Below, one piece after another: positions 45,817-56,250 of a DNA stretch of 64,000 bases (position 1 is its first letter; each line of letters begins with the position of its first letter). The notes below the pieces were generated by a model. That model was given only the letters and a program-made list of their open reading frames with translations. It did no database searches and had not been told where the DNA came from. The translations under genes were made by a program, and so were the position numbers. Source of the stretch: a virus; the IMG/VR virus record IMGVR_UViG_3300050343_000256, positions 20,979-84,978 of that record. One strand, given 5' to 3'.

Positions 45817-47844
45817 ATGCCAGCGGTTTATTCCGATCTCGCCGCTGGGACGGCATCGTTTACATCTACATCCAGTAACGCCGAATTGATTTGTCGGCGA
45901 GAGATTGCTGGCACTGGAACCTTTAATGCAAAAGTCAACGCTGTTTACAGATTAAACAGCGATGTCGCATTCGTGGGCGCAAACACAAGCGAGAATGCGT
46001 CGGCTGTCATGCCGAGCCACGAGCCTAATGACCTGCTTCTCGTATTAGCAGTAAACGCAAGTGGGAGCACAACTCCAACAGCTCCAGCAGGGGAGGGATG
46101 GGAAACCCTGCGATCACATGGAGGGAGCCTGCTTGGCTATCGACTCGGATACAAGTTTGCCAAGACGAATACTGAAACGGTAGGCGGCTGGGCTGGATCG
46201 ACCAGGACAACAGCCGTGGTCTACAGAAACGTTCGCAAAATACCTGGGGAAACGGTTAGTTCAAAAAACTTTTTATCGACCAAAATCCTCTATCCGACTG
46301 TAGCTACAGAAAACTCTGGCGGTACTCGAGTTGTATATTTCAGCACTAGTAAGCAAAACCTAGATTCTGCCTTAACACCCGCAGATACAACCACAAGAAT
46401 ATCCACTCAAGCGATCAGTGGCTCAGCTCCAGGCATTGGAGTACACGATCGACTCCTGCCAAACGGCACTGAATCCCTAGGCGGTAGCAATACCATTGTT
46501 GCCTCAACCAAATCGCAAGTTATTGCGGTCGAGCTGCTCTCTGGCGTACCAGAGATGGATGCAGAATCGAGCACATACGCGACAAGCCTGAATGGCGACA
46601 TATTTAAAAATACGCTTCTACTTACTAGCAGGAGATATAACGTAACCCTGCCTCAAGTCTTTTGGCTATACAAAAGCTTTTTCTCTACATCTGCAGGATC
46701 ATTCTCAAGCGCCATTTCGCCGGTAGCCACGCCAAGAGGTTACTACTACGAAGGATCGGCGGGGCAGTTTAGCCTTGCAGCATCGGATGCGATCCTAGAT
46801 CGATACTTAATATTTACTCCACTAACTACAAACTTTGCATTCACTGAAGGATTAATTGAATTCGCAAAGGGATTCTTCACAAGTGCTGATCCAGCCACCT
46901 TTGCTACAACTTTCTACGCCTCACTTGTTACTCATGAAGCACTCCTGCAAACGCTGTCGGGAAGCTATAACGCCGAAAGCCGGAATACTCTTTTAAAAAG
47001 GGCGTTAATAGAAGCTCTTGCTGCAGCGATATTCAATAGCTCAACCTCGCAGGTAGGCTTCAGAAATGACACGCCATTCCCCACCAATGGCGGTCCATTT
47101 AGGCCATCCGTTCCGTTTCATCTGCAGCCGAGCCTTGTCAAGTACAACTCGGTAAGCAAGTCAAAGGACCTTGGAATCGTCAACAACTTCTTAGGTCAAT
47201 TTTCTGGACTAATAGGCTCTGAGACTGGAGCGCCAACTCTGTTCTTTAAAATCACGACACTCGGTACGGCTGATCTACGAATACTTATCAAACCTGTAAA
47301 CAGATTCACTGATAACTACATCTCGGTAGGCATTTTAGATAGCAACCGGAAGCCACTTTCTATAAATGACTTTGGCTTCGCTTATCGCAACGAGATAAGC
47401 AGCACCGAGAGAAAAGAATTCTTAGATCCAATGCCAGCTGGTGATTACTACTTCACGATAAGTAGCAGTCAATGGCAAAAGATCCTTTACAACGTGGAGA
47501 TCCAGGCCATTCGCTTTATGTCACTGACTGGGCTCGTAACACTAACCAACCAGTCGACCGCACGATTTGCCATATCGAAAATGTCTGGACCAGCGCTTGT
47601 CACTGGTCCTTTGCAAGCGATAATTCCAAGCAATGCTCAACTCAAGCAACCAACAGGACCTGTTCTACTAACTTCAGGAAGTCGTGGAGCTTTAACAACG
47701 CCAGAAGGAATAGCGACGATGCGAATGTTGCCTACAGGTCGATTAAAGCTCACTCATAAAATCGGTGGCGCTGCTTCAGTAAGCGGAGCGAATGTAGCTA
47801 CGCTTAGTTCAGCTCCGCCATACGGTGGTGGTTACGGCCCATGA
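45817..47844 (+). CDS. large beta-rich tail/fibre protein
   Basis: 675 aa, Thr/Ser-rich, flanked by structural genes. Confidence 0.65.
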   Translation: MPAVYSDLAAGTASFTSTSSNAELICRREIAGTGTFNAKVNAVYRLNSDVAFVGANTSENASAVMPSHEPNDLLLVLAVNASGSTTPTAPAGEGWETLRSHGGSLLGYRLGYKFAKTNTETVGGWAGSTRTTAVVYRNVRKIPGETVSSKNFLSTKILYPTVATENSGGTRVVYFSTSKQNLDSALTPADTTTRISTQAISGSAPGIGVHDRLLPNGTESLGGSNTIVASTKSQVIAVELLSGVPEMDAESSTYATSLNGDIFKNTLLLTSRRYNVTLPQVFWLYKSFFSTSAGSFSSAISPVATPRGYYYEGSAGQFSLAASDAILDRYLIFTPLTTNFAFTEGLIEFAKGFFTSADPATFATTFYASLVTHEALLQTLSGSYNAESRNTLLKRALIEALAAAIFNSSTSQVGFRNDTPFPTNGGPFRPSVPFHLQPSLVKYNSVSKSKDLGIVNNFLGQFSGLIGSETGAPTLFFKITTLGTADLRILIKPVNRFTDNYISVGILDSNRKPLSINDFGFAYRNEISSTERKEFLDPMPAGDYYFTISSSQWQKILYNVEIQAIRFMSLTGLVTLTNQSTARFAISKMSGPALVTGPLQAIIPSNAQLKQPTGPVLLTSGSRGALTTPEGIATMRMLPTGRLKLTHKIGGAASVSGANVATLSSAPPYGGGYGP

Positions 47845-47882
47845 TTTGGGCGCTGCCTAACACACTTAGATATTGAAAGTTC

Positions 47883-48305
47883 ATGGCATTTTCGCAGTAC
47901 TTTGCGACGCAAGTTCTTAACTGGGTGAAAGGTTCACCCTTCCCGACTGCGCTCGCAAATGTCTACGTGTCTTTGCATTCTGCAGATCCTGGCACTGCCG
48001 GTACAAGTGGTGATGTTACTAATACCATTACTAACTCAGTCAACAGGACGACAATCTCTAGCGCTGCATTAAGCGCAGTTTCAGGAGCTTCTGGAGGTGG
48101 TTTCGAAGTCACGAATACAGGCGTTGTTCAGCTAACGACTTCAGCCAACAACGTCACCCCAATCACAGTGACTCATTTTGGAGTTTGGGATGCAGCTAGC
48201 GGTGGCAACTTCTTAGCGTCAGGAGAATTGACTTCATCTGTAGACGTTGAAGTTGGAGACACTGTTCAATTCAATATCAACGCTATGGCAGTGAGAGTCG
48301 TCTGA
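47883..48305 (+). CDS. phage tail-associated structural protein
   Basis: VYVSLHSADPG...VTHFGVWDAASGGNFL..G.L. Confidence 0.75.
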   Translation: MAFSQYFATQVLNWVKGSPFPTALANVYVSLHSADPGTAGTSGDVTNTITNSVNRTTISSAALSAVSGASGGGFEVTNTGVVQLTTSANNVTPITVTHFGVWDAASGGNFLASGELTSSVDVEVGDTVQFNINAMAVRVV

Positions 48306-48433
48306 TGAAGATGAGCAAAAGTCTTACGGCAGAACCTCACAAGGACCCGGTTAAAAAACGAACAACGCAAGGCCAAGGTCAACGCAGTAGACCTAAGAGA
48401 GGCAAGAAACTTCTTCGAGGGCAGGGGCGCTAG
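48305..48433 (+). CDS. small basic cyanophage-type protein (42 aa, not in ORF track)
   Basis: KKRTTQGQG...KKLLRGQGR; TGATG overlap. Confidence 0.65.
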   Translation: MKMSKSLTAEPHKDPVKKRTTQGQGQRSRPKRGKKLLRGQGR

Positions 48434-49629
48434 TAGCCCCAGGTACAGCAGGGGGTTAGTCCGCCACGAGAAGAGAACTTACCGTGATCTCGTGTATCAA
48501 GATGGATGAATCCTTTGCGGCATCCATCACCAAGCCCGCCGCTCCAGCGCCGACTAATCCACTTATAGAAGACTGAGCAGCTTTCACCTACCGGATAAAT
48601 ATCTAAAGCCATTCCTTTTGCATGAAAGGATCCCGGCCTACCGCCTACCTCTTTGTTGATGGGTTCAGGTCTGTAGCCACTAGTCACGCCTAAGGGACCT
48701 CCCCATGCTTCCCTAATAGCGTCAAACTGCTTAGCAAGACTCATTACGGCAAGTTCTTCTTCACTGCCCTTGTCCGGCTTTCTACGGGCATCGTTTTGCA
48801 ATACCTCGCCAACAGTCAAATACTTACTGACTGGTGCGTCAAAATCATCCCAATCAACATCATCTTCGCCTGAATCGAATACCTCTACGTGATGCTCAGG
48901 CCTTGTCCACCAGTGAGGCTTGTAAATAGTCCACCGTTCACCACTTCCTTCGAGCGTCACCCACTCATGGGAGTCAGCTGGAATCTCATCCGTGGCAACT
49001 ACTCGAAGTGTTTCACCCGTTTTAAATGGACGCAAGGCAAGCTCAGAAAGCCACTCGCTTGGCAGCGGTGCTCGTTTTAAATAAGTATCGTTCACACAAT
49101 CCAAAACCCTTACGCCATCACTCTCGCCCATCCATATATCTGCTTCCATTTGACGTCTTTTAGCAAGACCTTCAAGCCGAATACCGTCAGCCATGTTGTA
49201 GAGATTTAGCGCCTCTGGCATGAGTTCATAAGCCTCAGGATTTTTAGCACCGTCCTTGAGCACTTTGGAGATGGTTTCGAACCCCTGGTGATCATAAAAA
49301 TTTGACCCCATATTCCACGCGAAACTAACCAGGACTGACTGCCTGCAGCGACCAAGCCTTTCCCAGCCTGGGATTCTGGCTAACTTTGGTATAAATTCAT
49401 TTTCAAGCATTCCTTTTAGATACGCCTGGCAGACTGGTTTACTGCAGACATCACCACTTCTCACTGGCGCTCCATCTGGATAGCGAGTCAGCCCAGCGCA
49501 AATCGTGGGCACTCCAACTGAATCGACATACGCGCTTTCTTCTATTCCCTCAAATTTTTCAATCAGCCCCATCGACAGGGCTAGCGTTCCCTGAATCATT
49601 AGAAGGTGAATCTCCATAAATAGCTGCAA
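48430..49629 (-). CDS. lysozyme (GH24) fused to peptidase M15A
   Basis: KFEG....Y.DSVGVPTI, SFAWNMG, GLAKRR..E; C-terminal VTSGYR, SFHAKGMALD, FIHLD. Confidence 0.9.
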   Translation of the reverse strand: MQLFMEIHLLMIQGTLALSMGLIEKFEGIEESAYVDSVGVPTICAGLTRYPDGAPVRSGDVCSKPVCQAYLKGMLENEFIPKLARIPGWERLGRCRQSVLVSFAWNMGSNFYDHQGFETISKVLKDGAKNPEAYELMPEALNLYNMADGIRLEGLAKRRQMEADIWMGESDGVRVLDCVNDTYLKRAPLPSEWLSELALRPFKTGETLRVVATDEIPADSHEWVTLEGSGERWTIYKPHWWTRPEHHVEVFDSGEDDVDWDDFDAPVSKYLTVGEVLQNDARRKPDKGSEEELAVMSLAKQFDAIREAWGGPLGVTSGYRPEPINKEVGGRPGSFHAKGMALDIYPVGESCSVFYKWISRRWSGGLGDGCRKGFIHLDTRDHGKFSSRGGLTPCCTWGY

Positions 49630-49828
49630 ACCTTGGACTTGCTTCCACCGCTTCTTCTGTGCCCTTCCAAATATTCAGCCCATGCTGAATTGCGGCCTGG
49701 TCTCCCAGGCCTTTAGCTCTAAGGACCTCAATCTGCTCGACCACGCTGTCAACGTGATCGGCAGTTGAGGATTGATTAGATGTAGCTGATAATTTGTCAA
49801 AGACATCATCACTACCAGCAAGACGCAC
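49559..49828 (-). CDS. hypothetical protein
   Basis: begins with RLAG. Confidence 0.55.
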   Translation of the reverse strand: MRLAGSDDVFDKLSATSNQSSTADHVDSVVEQIEVLRAKGLGDQAAIQHGLNIWKGTEEAVEASPRFAAIYGDSPSNDSGNASPVDGAD

Positions 49829-49875
49829 AGTTGGATGTCAGCTTTTGCTAGATCCTAACGACGATTTAATAATGA

Positions 49876-50199
49876 CTAAACCAGGCCAAGCTGACGCGCA
49901 ATTGAAACGGCATCCGTACCCAGGTTAGTGATAGGCAGTCCAGAGTTCTGCTGAATACCCTTCGCAGTTGCTACGGCTAACACGTTTGCGTCCTCTTGGG
50001 CGTTACGAGTATCTATAGCAGCTGTAATTCGCTTGGCTTCGTCCATAATGCTTGCCGCATTTTGCGCAGAAGTAGTGCCTGCGTTAGCTGAAGCCTTGGA
50101 TAACTCCTGCGACATTGCCATCCCAATTCCACTGGAACTAGGAGCACCTGACTGATCGTTGAACGACCGCGTTGCGTTGTGATTCGGTGGAAGATTCAT
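49876..50199 (-). CDS. hypothetical Ala-rich protein
   Basis: 107-aa ORF after the scaffold. Confidence 0.55.
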   Translation of the reverse strand: MNLPPNHNATRSFNDQSGAPSSSGIGMAMSQELSKASANAGTTSAQNAASIMDEAKRITAAIDTRNAQEDANVLAVATAKGIQQNSGLPITNLGTDAVSIARQLGLV

Positions 50200-50233
50200 T
50201 GTTTAAGCCCCGGATCACCGGGGCACGTATTGA

Positions 50234-51238
50234 TCAGTCCTCCTGAACGAGGATCTTGCTGCGAAGAGCGTCAGGGCCTGCCTGGCTTAGAAGCTGCCAA
50301 GCTGCGGCTGGATTGCGCTCACTGATTGTGCTGAATGTTGACCAGAAGTCATCACCACCTTGAGGAGCCTGAACACCTGGCTGAGGCATCTCCATCTGCG
50401 GACGCTGATAAGCGGGAGCTGGAGCTCGGAAGCTCTGCTCGCTAGCAGCAATCTCAGCAGCTAAGCGGTCTTGGGCAGTTTCCTGTGGGTAAGGACCATC
50501 AACGCCGAAGAAGTCATTGACATATGCAGCCAACATGTCGGGGTTGGTCAACATGACGTGATAAGCAGCGTTGTCTTCCGCTGCGGCATCGATCACTTGC
50601 TGAGCAGTCGTGAGATTGACGCTGAGCTGCTCGGCGACTTGCATGACTTCAGCGGTCTGCTGAGCCTGTGCAAGAAGAGCATCTTCTACGACGCAGGAGT
50701 ACTGATTAAGGAGAGCTGGTGCTTCAGCGCCGAAGTGCTGAAGAACTTCAAGACTTTCGCTGCTTACGCTTCCTAGATACTCGTCTATCGCGGGTGCGCT
50801 CTGCTCGTTGCTCCAGCTGGGCGCCTGTGTCTGCTGGGAATACGCCTGCGTTGCTTGGGGAATTGAGGTCTGCAGCCCCGAAACGGAAGGAGCCGCCTGG
50901 TACTGCGGGGCTACCGAACCCTGCCATGCCTGCTGCTGCGTAGGGGCTGCCTGAGGGGTCGGAGTTGAGTAAGCTGCCTGGTGAGGGGAGTTCTGCGTCC
51001 CGTTCAAGCTTGCGCTGAGACTCTCGAACGCCTGCTGCCATGGGCTCGGAGCCGCTGGCTGGGGAGCCGCCTGTTGGTACGCCACCGGAGCCTGCTGAGG
51101 CGCCGAAGGTGTCTGGTAAGAAGGTGGGGCGCTCTGGACCGGAGCTGATTGGTAGCCCTGCGTCTGCACGGGCACGCTCGATGGGATCGAGGCTTGAGGG
51201 GTCGCCACCGCCTGTGTCGTCTGAATACTGTCCTGCAT
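50234..51238 (-). CDS. putative capsid scaffolding protein
   Basis: Q/P/A-rich disordered N-terminus plus helical C-terminus; follows the portal. Confidence 0.65.
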   Translation of the reverse strand: MQDSIQTTQAVATPQASIPSSVPVQTQGYQSAPVQSAPPSYQTPSAPQQAPVAYQQAAPQPAAPSPWQQAFESLSASLNGTQNSPHQAAYSTPTPQAAPTQQQAWQGSVAPQYQAAPSVSGLQTSIPQATQAYSQQTQAPSWSNEQSAPAIDEYLGSVSSESLEVLQHFGAEAPALLNQYSCVVEDALLAQAQQTAEVMQVAEQLSVNLTTAQQVIDAAAEDNAAYHVMLTNPDMLAAYVNDFFGVDGPYPQETAQDRLAAEIAASEQSFRAPAPAYQRPQMEMPQPGVQAPQGGDDFWSTFSTISERNPAAAWQLLSQAGPDALRSKILVQED

Positions 51239-52973
51239 AAGTAAGCTCTTGCTTCAAGAAATCGAGCGCTCGATAGACATATGGCGTCAAGTCGAGTTTC
51301 GGGTCCGCAAGCATTGGAAGATCAGGTGCCTGCGGGTGTGGGACCTGACGCATGTTTTCAATCAGCGTCAGGAATGTGCCAATACTTTGTTGTGTGGCCT
51401 GTGCCATCCTGAATGGATAGCCACTGAGCATTGCGCTTCTCTCTTCATCAGTTTTGTCTGGGAAAAGATAACGAAGGGCCTCGATGGAATTAACACCGAG
51501 CTCCTGTAAGTTACGAACAACAATACTTGAATTAAGTATATCCTCTGTGCCATCCTCGAAGACTGGACCCTTCCACCTCCACTCAACCTTTCTATCTCCA
51601 TCGGGTATAAGTCCGACAACTCCCTCTGGTAGTTGGCGGTTTTGGACAGAGTCACCGATGGCTTGCTCTAGGGTGCCCTCATATAGACGAAGGTTTTCCT
51701 CAAATGCTTGAGTCGCTTGGCTAAATGTTTGACCGTCAGGGAATTCTTCTCTGATAGGAGCCGGAGGTCTCTCTAAGGCAATAGCAGCGGCAAACGACTC
51801 TCGAAAGATCTTTTCTTCGTTAAAAATTATAAGACTAAATAACTTGCACAATCCATAAGTCAAGAGACCACGGCAGCGACGGCTAGCTGTCGTTGCAGCG
51901 CGTCCATAGAGAGACTTGATCTCATACGCAGTTGCACCAGCCGTAATTCCCAGCTCGTCCACGCCGCCAAGGGCTGTACGAATCTCTTCACGATACTGAC
52001 GAGCATATAAGTTTTGGTCACCTGAAACTGCGTCAGGCGTCAAGTACATAGCCCTATCCGTGGACTCAACATTGGCAATAATCCGTGGCACTTTCATGCC
52101 GCCGCCAGCGCTGCCTCCCATGGGCGAACTCACTCGCGTCGAAGGTCGGTTTGCAGAATAGAAACCTGCCTGAGAACTAATCGTGGGGCGAATACCATCC
52201 TGGTCACCGTTTTCGACTAGATCATGCTTCGGGCGACTGGAGACAAGTGTGGGATTACCAAAGAAAGTAATATTGGTTCGGATGTTTTTGACTAAATCGT
52301 CATGAGTAACAATCTGTTCAGCCAGCCAATCGAATTCACCGGTCGCATCCATGCCGGTGGAGCGCATGTTATTGAATGACTCCACTGCAGGCACGAAACC
52401 AAGACTGTTTGTCAGGGTCCTTGTCTTGTTGACGGCGAAAGCTAATGACTGTGCGCCAGCATCAAATGAAGGCTTTTCCGTTGTGATTGTCTCTTTGATC
52501 TCATCTTTACGGACACGAAGCTTGACGTACCGCATTGACCCTTGCTGATCACTAGCAGCAATAGGAGCATTCATGGACTCCCTAACCGTGAAGGAGTAAA
52601 TCAGGTCTACCTCTTCCAGCTGACCAACGGAGTCGTAGTAAGCCCGGTAGTTTTCGGAGCTGAACCACATAATGCGATACGTATCGCGAACAGGCCGGAA
52701 GTAGAAAAGCCCCTTGCCGTCAATCAGAAAATCATCAACGATTCCTTCAAGACGTGTATCAATCTCATTGTCATCAATGAGTTGAATTACAAATTGCTTT
52801 CTAAAGCCAAACGTGTCCTGCGCTGGAAAAAATTCCAGTCCTTGACGGAGCATGAACAGCTTCATCTGTGATAGATGACTGTTCACGATCATCGTGTCAG
52901 TATTTGATCCTCCGTCTTTTTTCCTCGCGGCTTCGAGAATGCGACGAAAACGGTCTTGGCTAGCTGAGCTCAT
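50748..52973 (-). CDS. putative portal protein
   Basis: follows TerL; GKGLFYFR, NITFFGNP, VEWRWKGP, SIEALRYL portal-like pattern. Confidence 0.75.
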   Translation of the reverse strand: MSSASQDRFRRILEAARKKDGGSNTDTMIVNSHLSQMKLFMLRQGLEFFPAQDTFGFRKQFVIQLIDDNEIDTRLEGIVDDFLIDGKGLFYFRPVRDTYRIMWFSSENYRAYYDSVGQLEEVDLIYSFTVRESMNAPIAASDQQGSMRYVKLRVRKDEIKETITTEKPSFDAGAQSLAFAVNKTRTLTNSLGFVPAVESFNNMRSTGMDATGEFDWLAEQIVTHDDLVKNIRTNITFFGNPTLVSSRPKHDLVENGDQDGIRPTISSQAGFYSANRPSTRVSSPMGGSAGGGMKVPRIIANVESTDRAMYLTPDAVSGDQNLYARQYREEIRTALGGVDELGITAGATAYEIKSLYGRAATTASRRCRGLLTYGLCKLFSLIIFNEEKIFRESFAAAIALERPPAPIREEFPDGQTFSQATQAFEENLRLYEGTLEQAIGDSVQNRQLPEGVVGLIPDGDRKVEWRWKGPVFEDGTEDILNSSIVVRNLQELGVNSIEALRYLFPDKTDEERSAMLSGYPFRMAQATQQSIGTFLTLIENMRQVPHPQAPDLPMLADPKLDLTPYVYRALDFLKQELTYAGQYSDDTGGGDPSSLDPIERARADAGLPISSGPERPTFLPDTFGASAGSGGVPTGGSPASGSEPMAAGVRESQRKLERDAELPSPGSLLNSDPSGSPYAAAGMAGFGSPAVPGGSFRFGAADLNSPSNAGVFPADTGAQLEQRAERTRDRRVSRKRKQRKS

Positions 52974-52982
52974 AGTTCTATT

Positions 52983-54515
52983 TTAGTTCCACTCGATCTG
53001 CGCACTTCCGCGACGCATAAGGCCTTGTACCACGATATTCAATGAGTCGGCACAGTCGTCGTGAGGGGAATGTCCGAAGTTGACGATCTCATCAATCATG
53101 CAGCTAAAATCTCTGTATTTATTGAAGATAATTTTCTTATGCTCGAACAAGCCCATAATCCCCCGCAACCTAGCGAGCTTGTCGCCACGGAAACCCTTTA
53201 CCGCGCTAATGGAGAGGTTATAAAGCTGCCAGTCATTAAAGAGAATCCTCTTCATATCGCCCTCAAACGATTTTTGATAGGCGACGACTTCTGGGAAGAT
53301 AGTGACGGGTGACATCGATTTAAAATATTGGCCTTCGTCGTTAACTTCTAAAAGATTCCACTCAACGAGCAATTCGCAAAGAGCCTCAATCTTGTCGATA
53401 TTGCCCATCGACCTCATTCGCCTGTAGTCAATGATGTAGACCTTGTCGCCAACCCTGCCAGCAAGGGTGAAAACGGTCCAGTCATTCCTCTCAGTCATCC
53501 CAGCCGAGAGGTCGATACCCACACCGATACTGTCGTAATCGTCAGGTACTTCACCCTTCACAAATAGCTCAGGGGAGATACCAAGTTCTTTAGAGCGAAC
53601 GGGTTGATTCAGATACTGATATGAAAAAGCAACACGGTCGTCCATCTGCAATTTCAGCAGATACTTGGCAGACCACATGTCAGGCCAGTACGACTTTGGC
53701 CGTCCATCATCGTCGTAATGCAGCGCAGACTGGGTGATGCACTTCCAGCCCTTCTTTTCGGTGAAGATCGTTGCGAACAAATCATCGAAGTGAAACCTCG
53801 TACCCAAAGCAATCGCACGAGCGCCCTGGAACATTGTGGGGACAATCACATTTGTCCAGTTCGTTTCCATCTCACGCCGGATATCCGGGTTAGCGATACT
53901 TGCCGCACTCTTAATCGCGTCATCCACAACGATCAAGCTTGAGCGCTTGGAGGTAATCGTTCCTTTCAGTCCGGCGCAGGCAACAGTGAAAGCATCTTCA
54001 CCTCGAACATCAATCTCTGCGAAATCCCAGTCAATACTCCAGAGTTCATCTGAAGTACGCATTTTTGATAGTCGTACACAGGGGAACACCTCCTGGTACT
54101 CCTTTGAACAAATAAGATTCTTGATTGCTGCGCTTTTGTTTCTCGCGACGTCGACGTTGTATGAGACGTAAAGAATTCTCAGCAACGTACTTTGCATTGC
54201 GTGCCTTCCGATCAGCCAACCGAGCAGTAGGCCCAGGACCGTGGACTTGGCGCTACCCCTGGGGCTCAGCAGGCACGTGTTTGGGCCAGCAATGTCAAGC
54301 AAGTGTTCATTGCTTTTGCCAGTCAAGAAAACCTTGTGCCACTCGCGCATATGACGAGCAGGTTTCTTGCCCATTAATTCGCAGAAATAAGCAAAGTTAT
54401 CCCTGGCCTTCATGATGTGATCGGGTACTTCTACCTCGATCTGTTTTTTCACAATTGCCTTAGCAGCCTGCTTTGCAGACCGCATCTTGGCTTGGGCGAT
54501 TGAGCTTCCTGCCAT
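52983..54515 (-). CDS. terL: terminase large subunit
   Basis: PRGSAKST Walker A, IVVDD Walker B, GTRF, GIDLS, HDDCADS. Confidence 0.92.
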   Translation of the reverse strand: MAGSSIAQAKMRSAKQAAKAIVKKQIEVEVPDHIMKARDNFAYFCELMGKKPARHMREWHKVFLTGKSNEHLLDIAGPNTCLLSPRGSAKSTVLGLLLGWLIGRHAMQSTLLRILYVSYNVDVARNKSAAIKNLICSKEYQEVFPCVRLSKMRTSDELWSIDWDFAEIDVRGEDAFTVACAGLKGTITSKRSSLIVVDDAIKSAASIANPDIRREMETNWTNVIVPTMFQGARAIALGTRFHFDDLFATIFTEKKGWKCITQSALHYDDDGRPKSYWPDMWSAKYLLKLQMDDRVAFSYQYLNQPVRSKELGISPELFVKGEVPDDYDSIGVGIDLSAGMTERNDWTVFTLAGRVGDKVYIIDYRRMRSMGNIDKIEALCELLVEWNLLEVNDEGQYFKSMSPVTIFPEVVAYQKSFEGDMKRILFNDWQLYNLSISAVKGFRGDKLARLRGIMGLFEHKKIIFNKYRDFSCMIDEIVNFGHSPHDDCADSLNIVVQGLMRRGSAQIEWN

Positions 54516-54593
54516 GAAAACAATCTACCCAGTTTTCACTATTGGCCCCCTAGGGGAATCACAAAACGAGTATCAGAAAAATTTTGACCCTGA

Positions 54594-55106
54594 TTACTTC
54601 TCTTCGCTGAGATCAGACCAAATAGATTCGAATGCCAGCTCTAATGCAGGAAGCAATTCATCTGAGCTTTTGAAGATCACGCGCAAGTCACGCATCACCT
54701 TGTCGGCCCCGGACATGACCAGACCCCTGCGATCAAGGCTCTTTGTCAGTTTGTCCACGTCCATGACATGGCCACGCAATTCTTTTGACAAGTGAGCGAT
54801 CCTTGTCGCAGCTGCGTCAGCCTTGATCAGATCTGCTTGCACTTGTTGTCTCAAGAAGTCAATATCCCCTTCTAGCTTGACGATCTCGGCGAGCATGATC
54901 TCACGACGATTCAGCTTTGGATAAGCCTTCTTAAGCCATTTCTCAAGTGCTGGGAAGCTGCCCTCATATCCGAGCACACCCGCGTAGAGCCAAATTTCGT
55001 ACACCGAATATGTATTCTCGGCATACGCAAGAAATCCCTCGCGGTGATTGTTGTCTAGGGCAACTAAAAAATCTTGAATCTGTTCTTCGCTTGTTCTAGG
55101 CATCAA
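54594..55106 (-). CDS. putative terminase small subunit
   Basis: helical 170-aa protein immediately upstream of terL; assigned by position only. Confidence 0.45.
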   Translation of the reverse strand: MMPRTSEEQIQDFLVALDNNHREGFLAYAENTYSVYEIWLYAGVLGYEGSFPALEKWLKKAYPKLNRREIMLAEIVKLEGDIDFLRQQVQADLIKADAAATRIAHLSKELRGHVMDVDKLTKSLDRRGLVMSGADKVMRDLRVIFKSSDELLPALELAFESIWSDLSEEK

Positions 55107-55711
55107 CCAAAGAATCGAGCACCAAGAGAACGAATCGCACCACGAGCATCAGATCTCATATTGCGCTCCTCTGTATATCGCTTGCCAATATTGAGCCTTT
55201 CTTCAGACCCAGCTGTACGAATACTCTTGCGATCTTCAGATCCCTTGACTCCAAGGTTTAATCGATCCTGGATGCCTTGAGCGCCAATATTTAAACGCTG
55301 TTGCGTGCCTGTTGCTCCAATATTCAGGCGGTCCTGAGTACCTTGCGCTCCAATATTCATACGCTGCTGAGTACCAGTTTCCCTAATGCCCAATCGCTGC
55401 TGTTCGCCTTGAGCCCCAATCAGGTCTTTAGCAATTCGCCCTTCGGCGCCCATTAACTTCATGGTATTACCTGTCCTGAGATTTTCCATCCCCTGCTGTA
55501 TTCCGGCCATATGGCTGGACATCGCAGTGTTATAAGACAGTGCTGTACCCATATTCATTTGGGTACGAAAGCTATCCGCAAAGGAGCCAGCAACCAAGCC
55601 GCCGATAACTTCGTTGTCTGGATATTTATTTTTAAGCTCGCTTAAGCCTTTGGCACCCTGGTCAAAAGAAATTCCACCAATCGTGGAAGGAGTGTATGCG
55701 TGGGAGGGCAT
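55103..55711 (-). CDS. probable internal virion protein with 11-aa repeats
   Basis: about seven GxQ(Q/D)RLNIGAx units. Confidence 0.65.
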   Translation of the reverse strand: MPSHAYTPSTIGGISFDQGAKGLSELKNKYPDNEVIGGLVAGSFADSFRTQMNMGTALSYNTAMSSHMAGIQQGMENLRTGNTMKLMGAEGRIAKDLIGAQGEQQRLGIRETGTQQRMNIGAQGTQDRLNIGATGTQQRLNIGAQGIQDRLNLGVKGSEDRKSIRTAGSEERLNIGKRYTEERNMRSDARGAIRSLGARFFG

Positions 55712-55713
55712 AT

Positions 55714-56250
55714 TTAACCTAAGAGCATGACGAGGGCGCCTAACCCAAGCCTACCCATTAAATCCTTGGTGGCCTGTTTACCCGCAAACTCATAGTACTT
55801 ACTATCCCGATTTGCGGTAAACTCGTTCTGAGCAGCTATGTTGCTATCTCTTATACCAAGGGATTTATTGGCAAACTCATATTGAGGTTCCTGGAGTGTT
55901 TGAGCAGCTTGCGTTAAAGCTCCGATTGACCTTAGCTGATTGTTAGTGGAATTATCAGCCCTTGCCTTCTCCGCGTTCGTGCTCTGCTCAATCATCGAGC
56001 CTCTCCGAATCACGCCTTGATCAAAGCCCCTGCTCAGATTTTCGCTTTCGATTCCGAGCCTTTCTGCGTAATCCTTTAGAGACGTAACGGGTGGCCTTTG
56101 CTGAATACTGTCCCTCGCATCTGAAGTCTCACCTTCAAGCTTAAGCGCCAAGTCTTCTAATAATTGCTTTTGCGCTTCGCTGGCGTCAGGGTTTTGCAAC
56201 GATCCTATCTTTGCAAGAAAATTGTCTTTTACGGTTGCGGGATTGAGCAT
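55714..56250 (-). CDS. probable internal virion protein
   Basis: helical, hydrophobic C-terminus. Confidence 0.55.
   Translation of the reverse strand: MLNPATVKDNFLAKIGSLQNPDASEAQKQLLEDLALKLEGETSDARDSIQQRPPVTSLKDYAERLGIESENLSRGFDQGVIRRGSMIEQSTNAEKARADNSTNNQLRSIGALTQAAQTLQEPQYEFANKSLGIRDSNIAAQNEFTANRDSKYYEFAGKQATKDLMGRLGLGALVMLLG

Noticed and set aside
52983-54515. Intron or intein in the terminase (also checked by eye in primase, thyX and portal)
   Set aside because: The frames are continuous with normal motif spacing, and no P/Q/R/S or intein terminal motifs were noticed.
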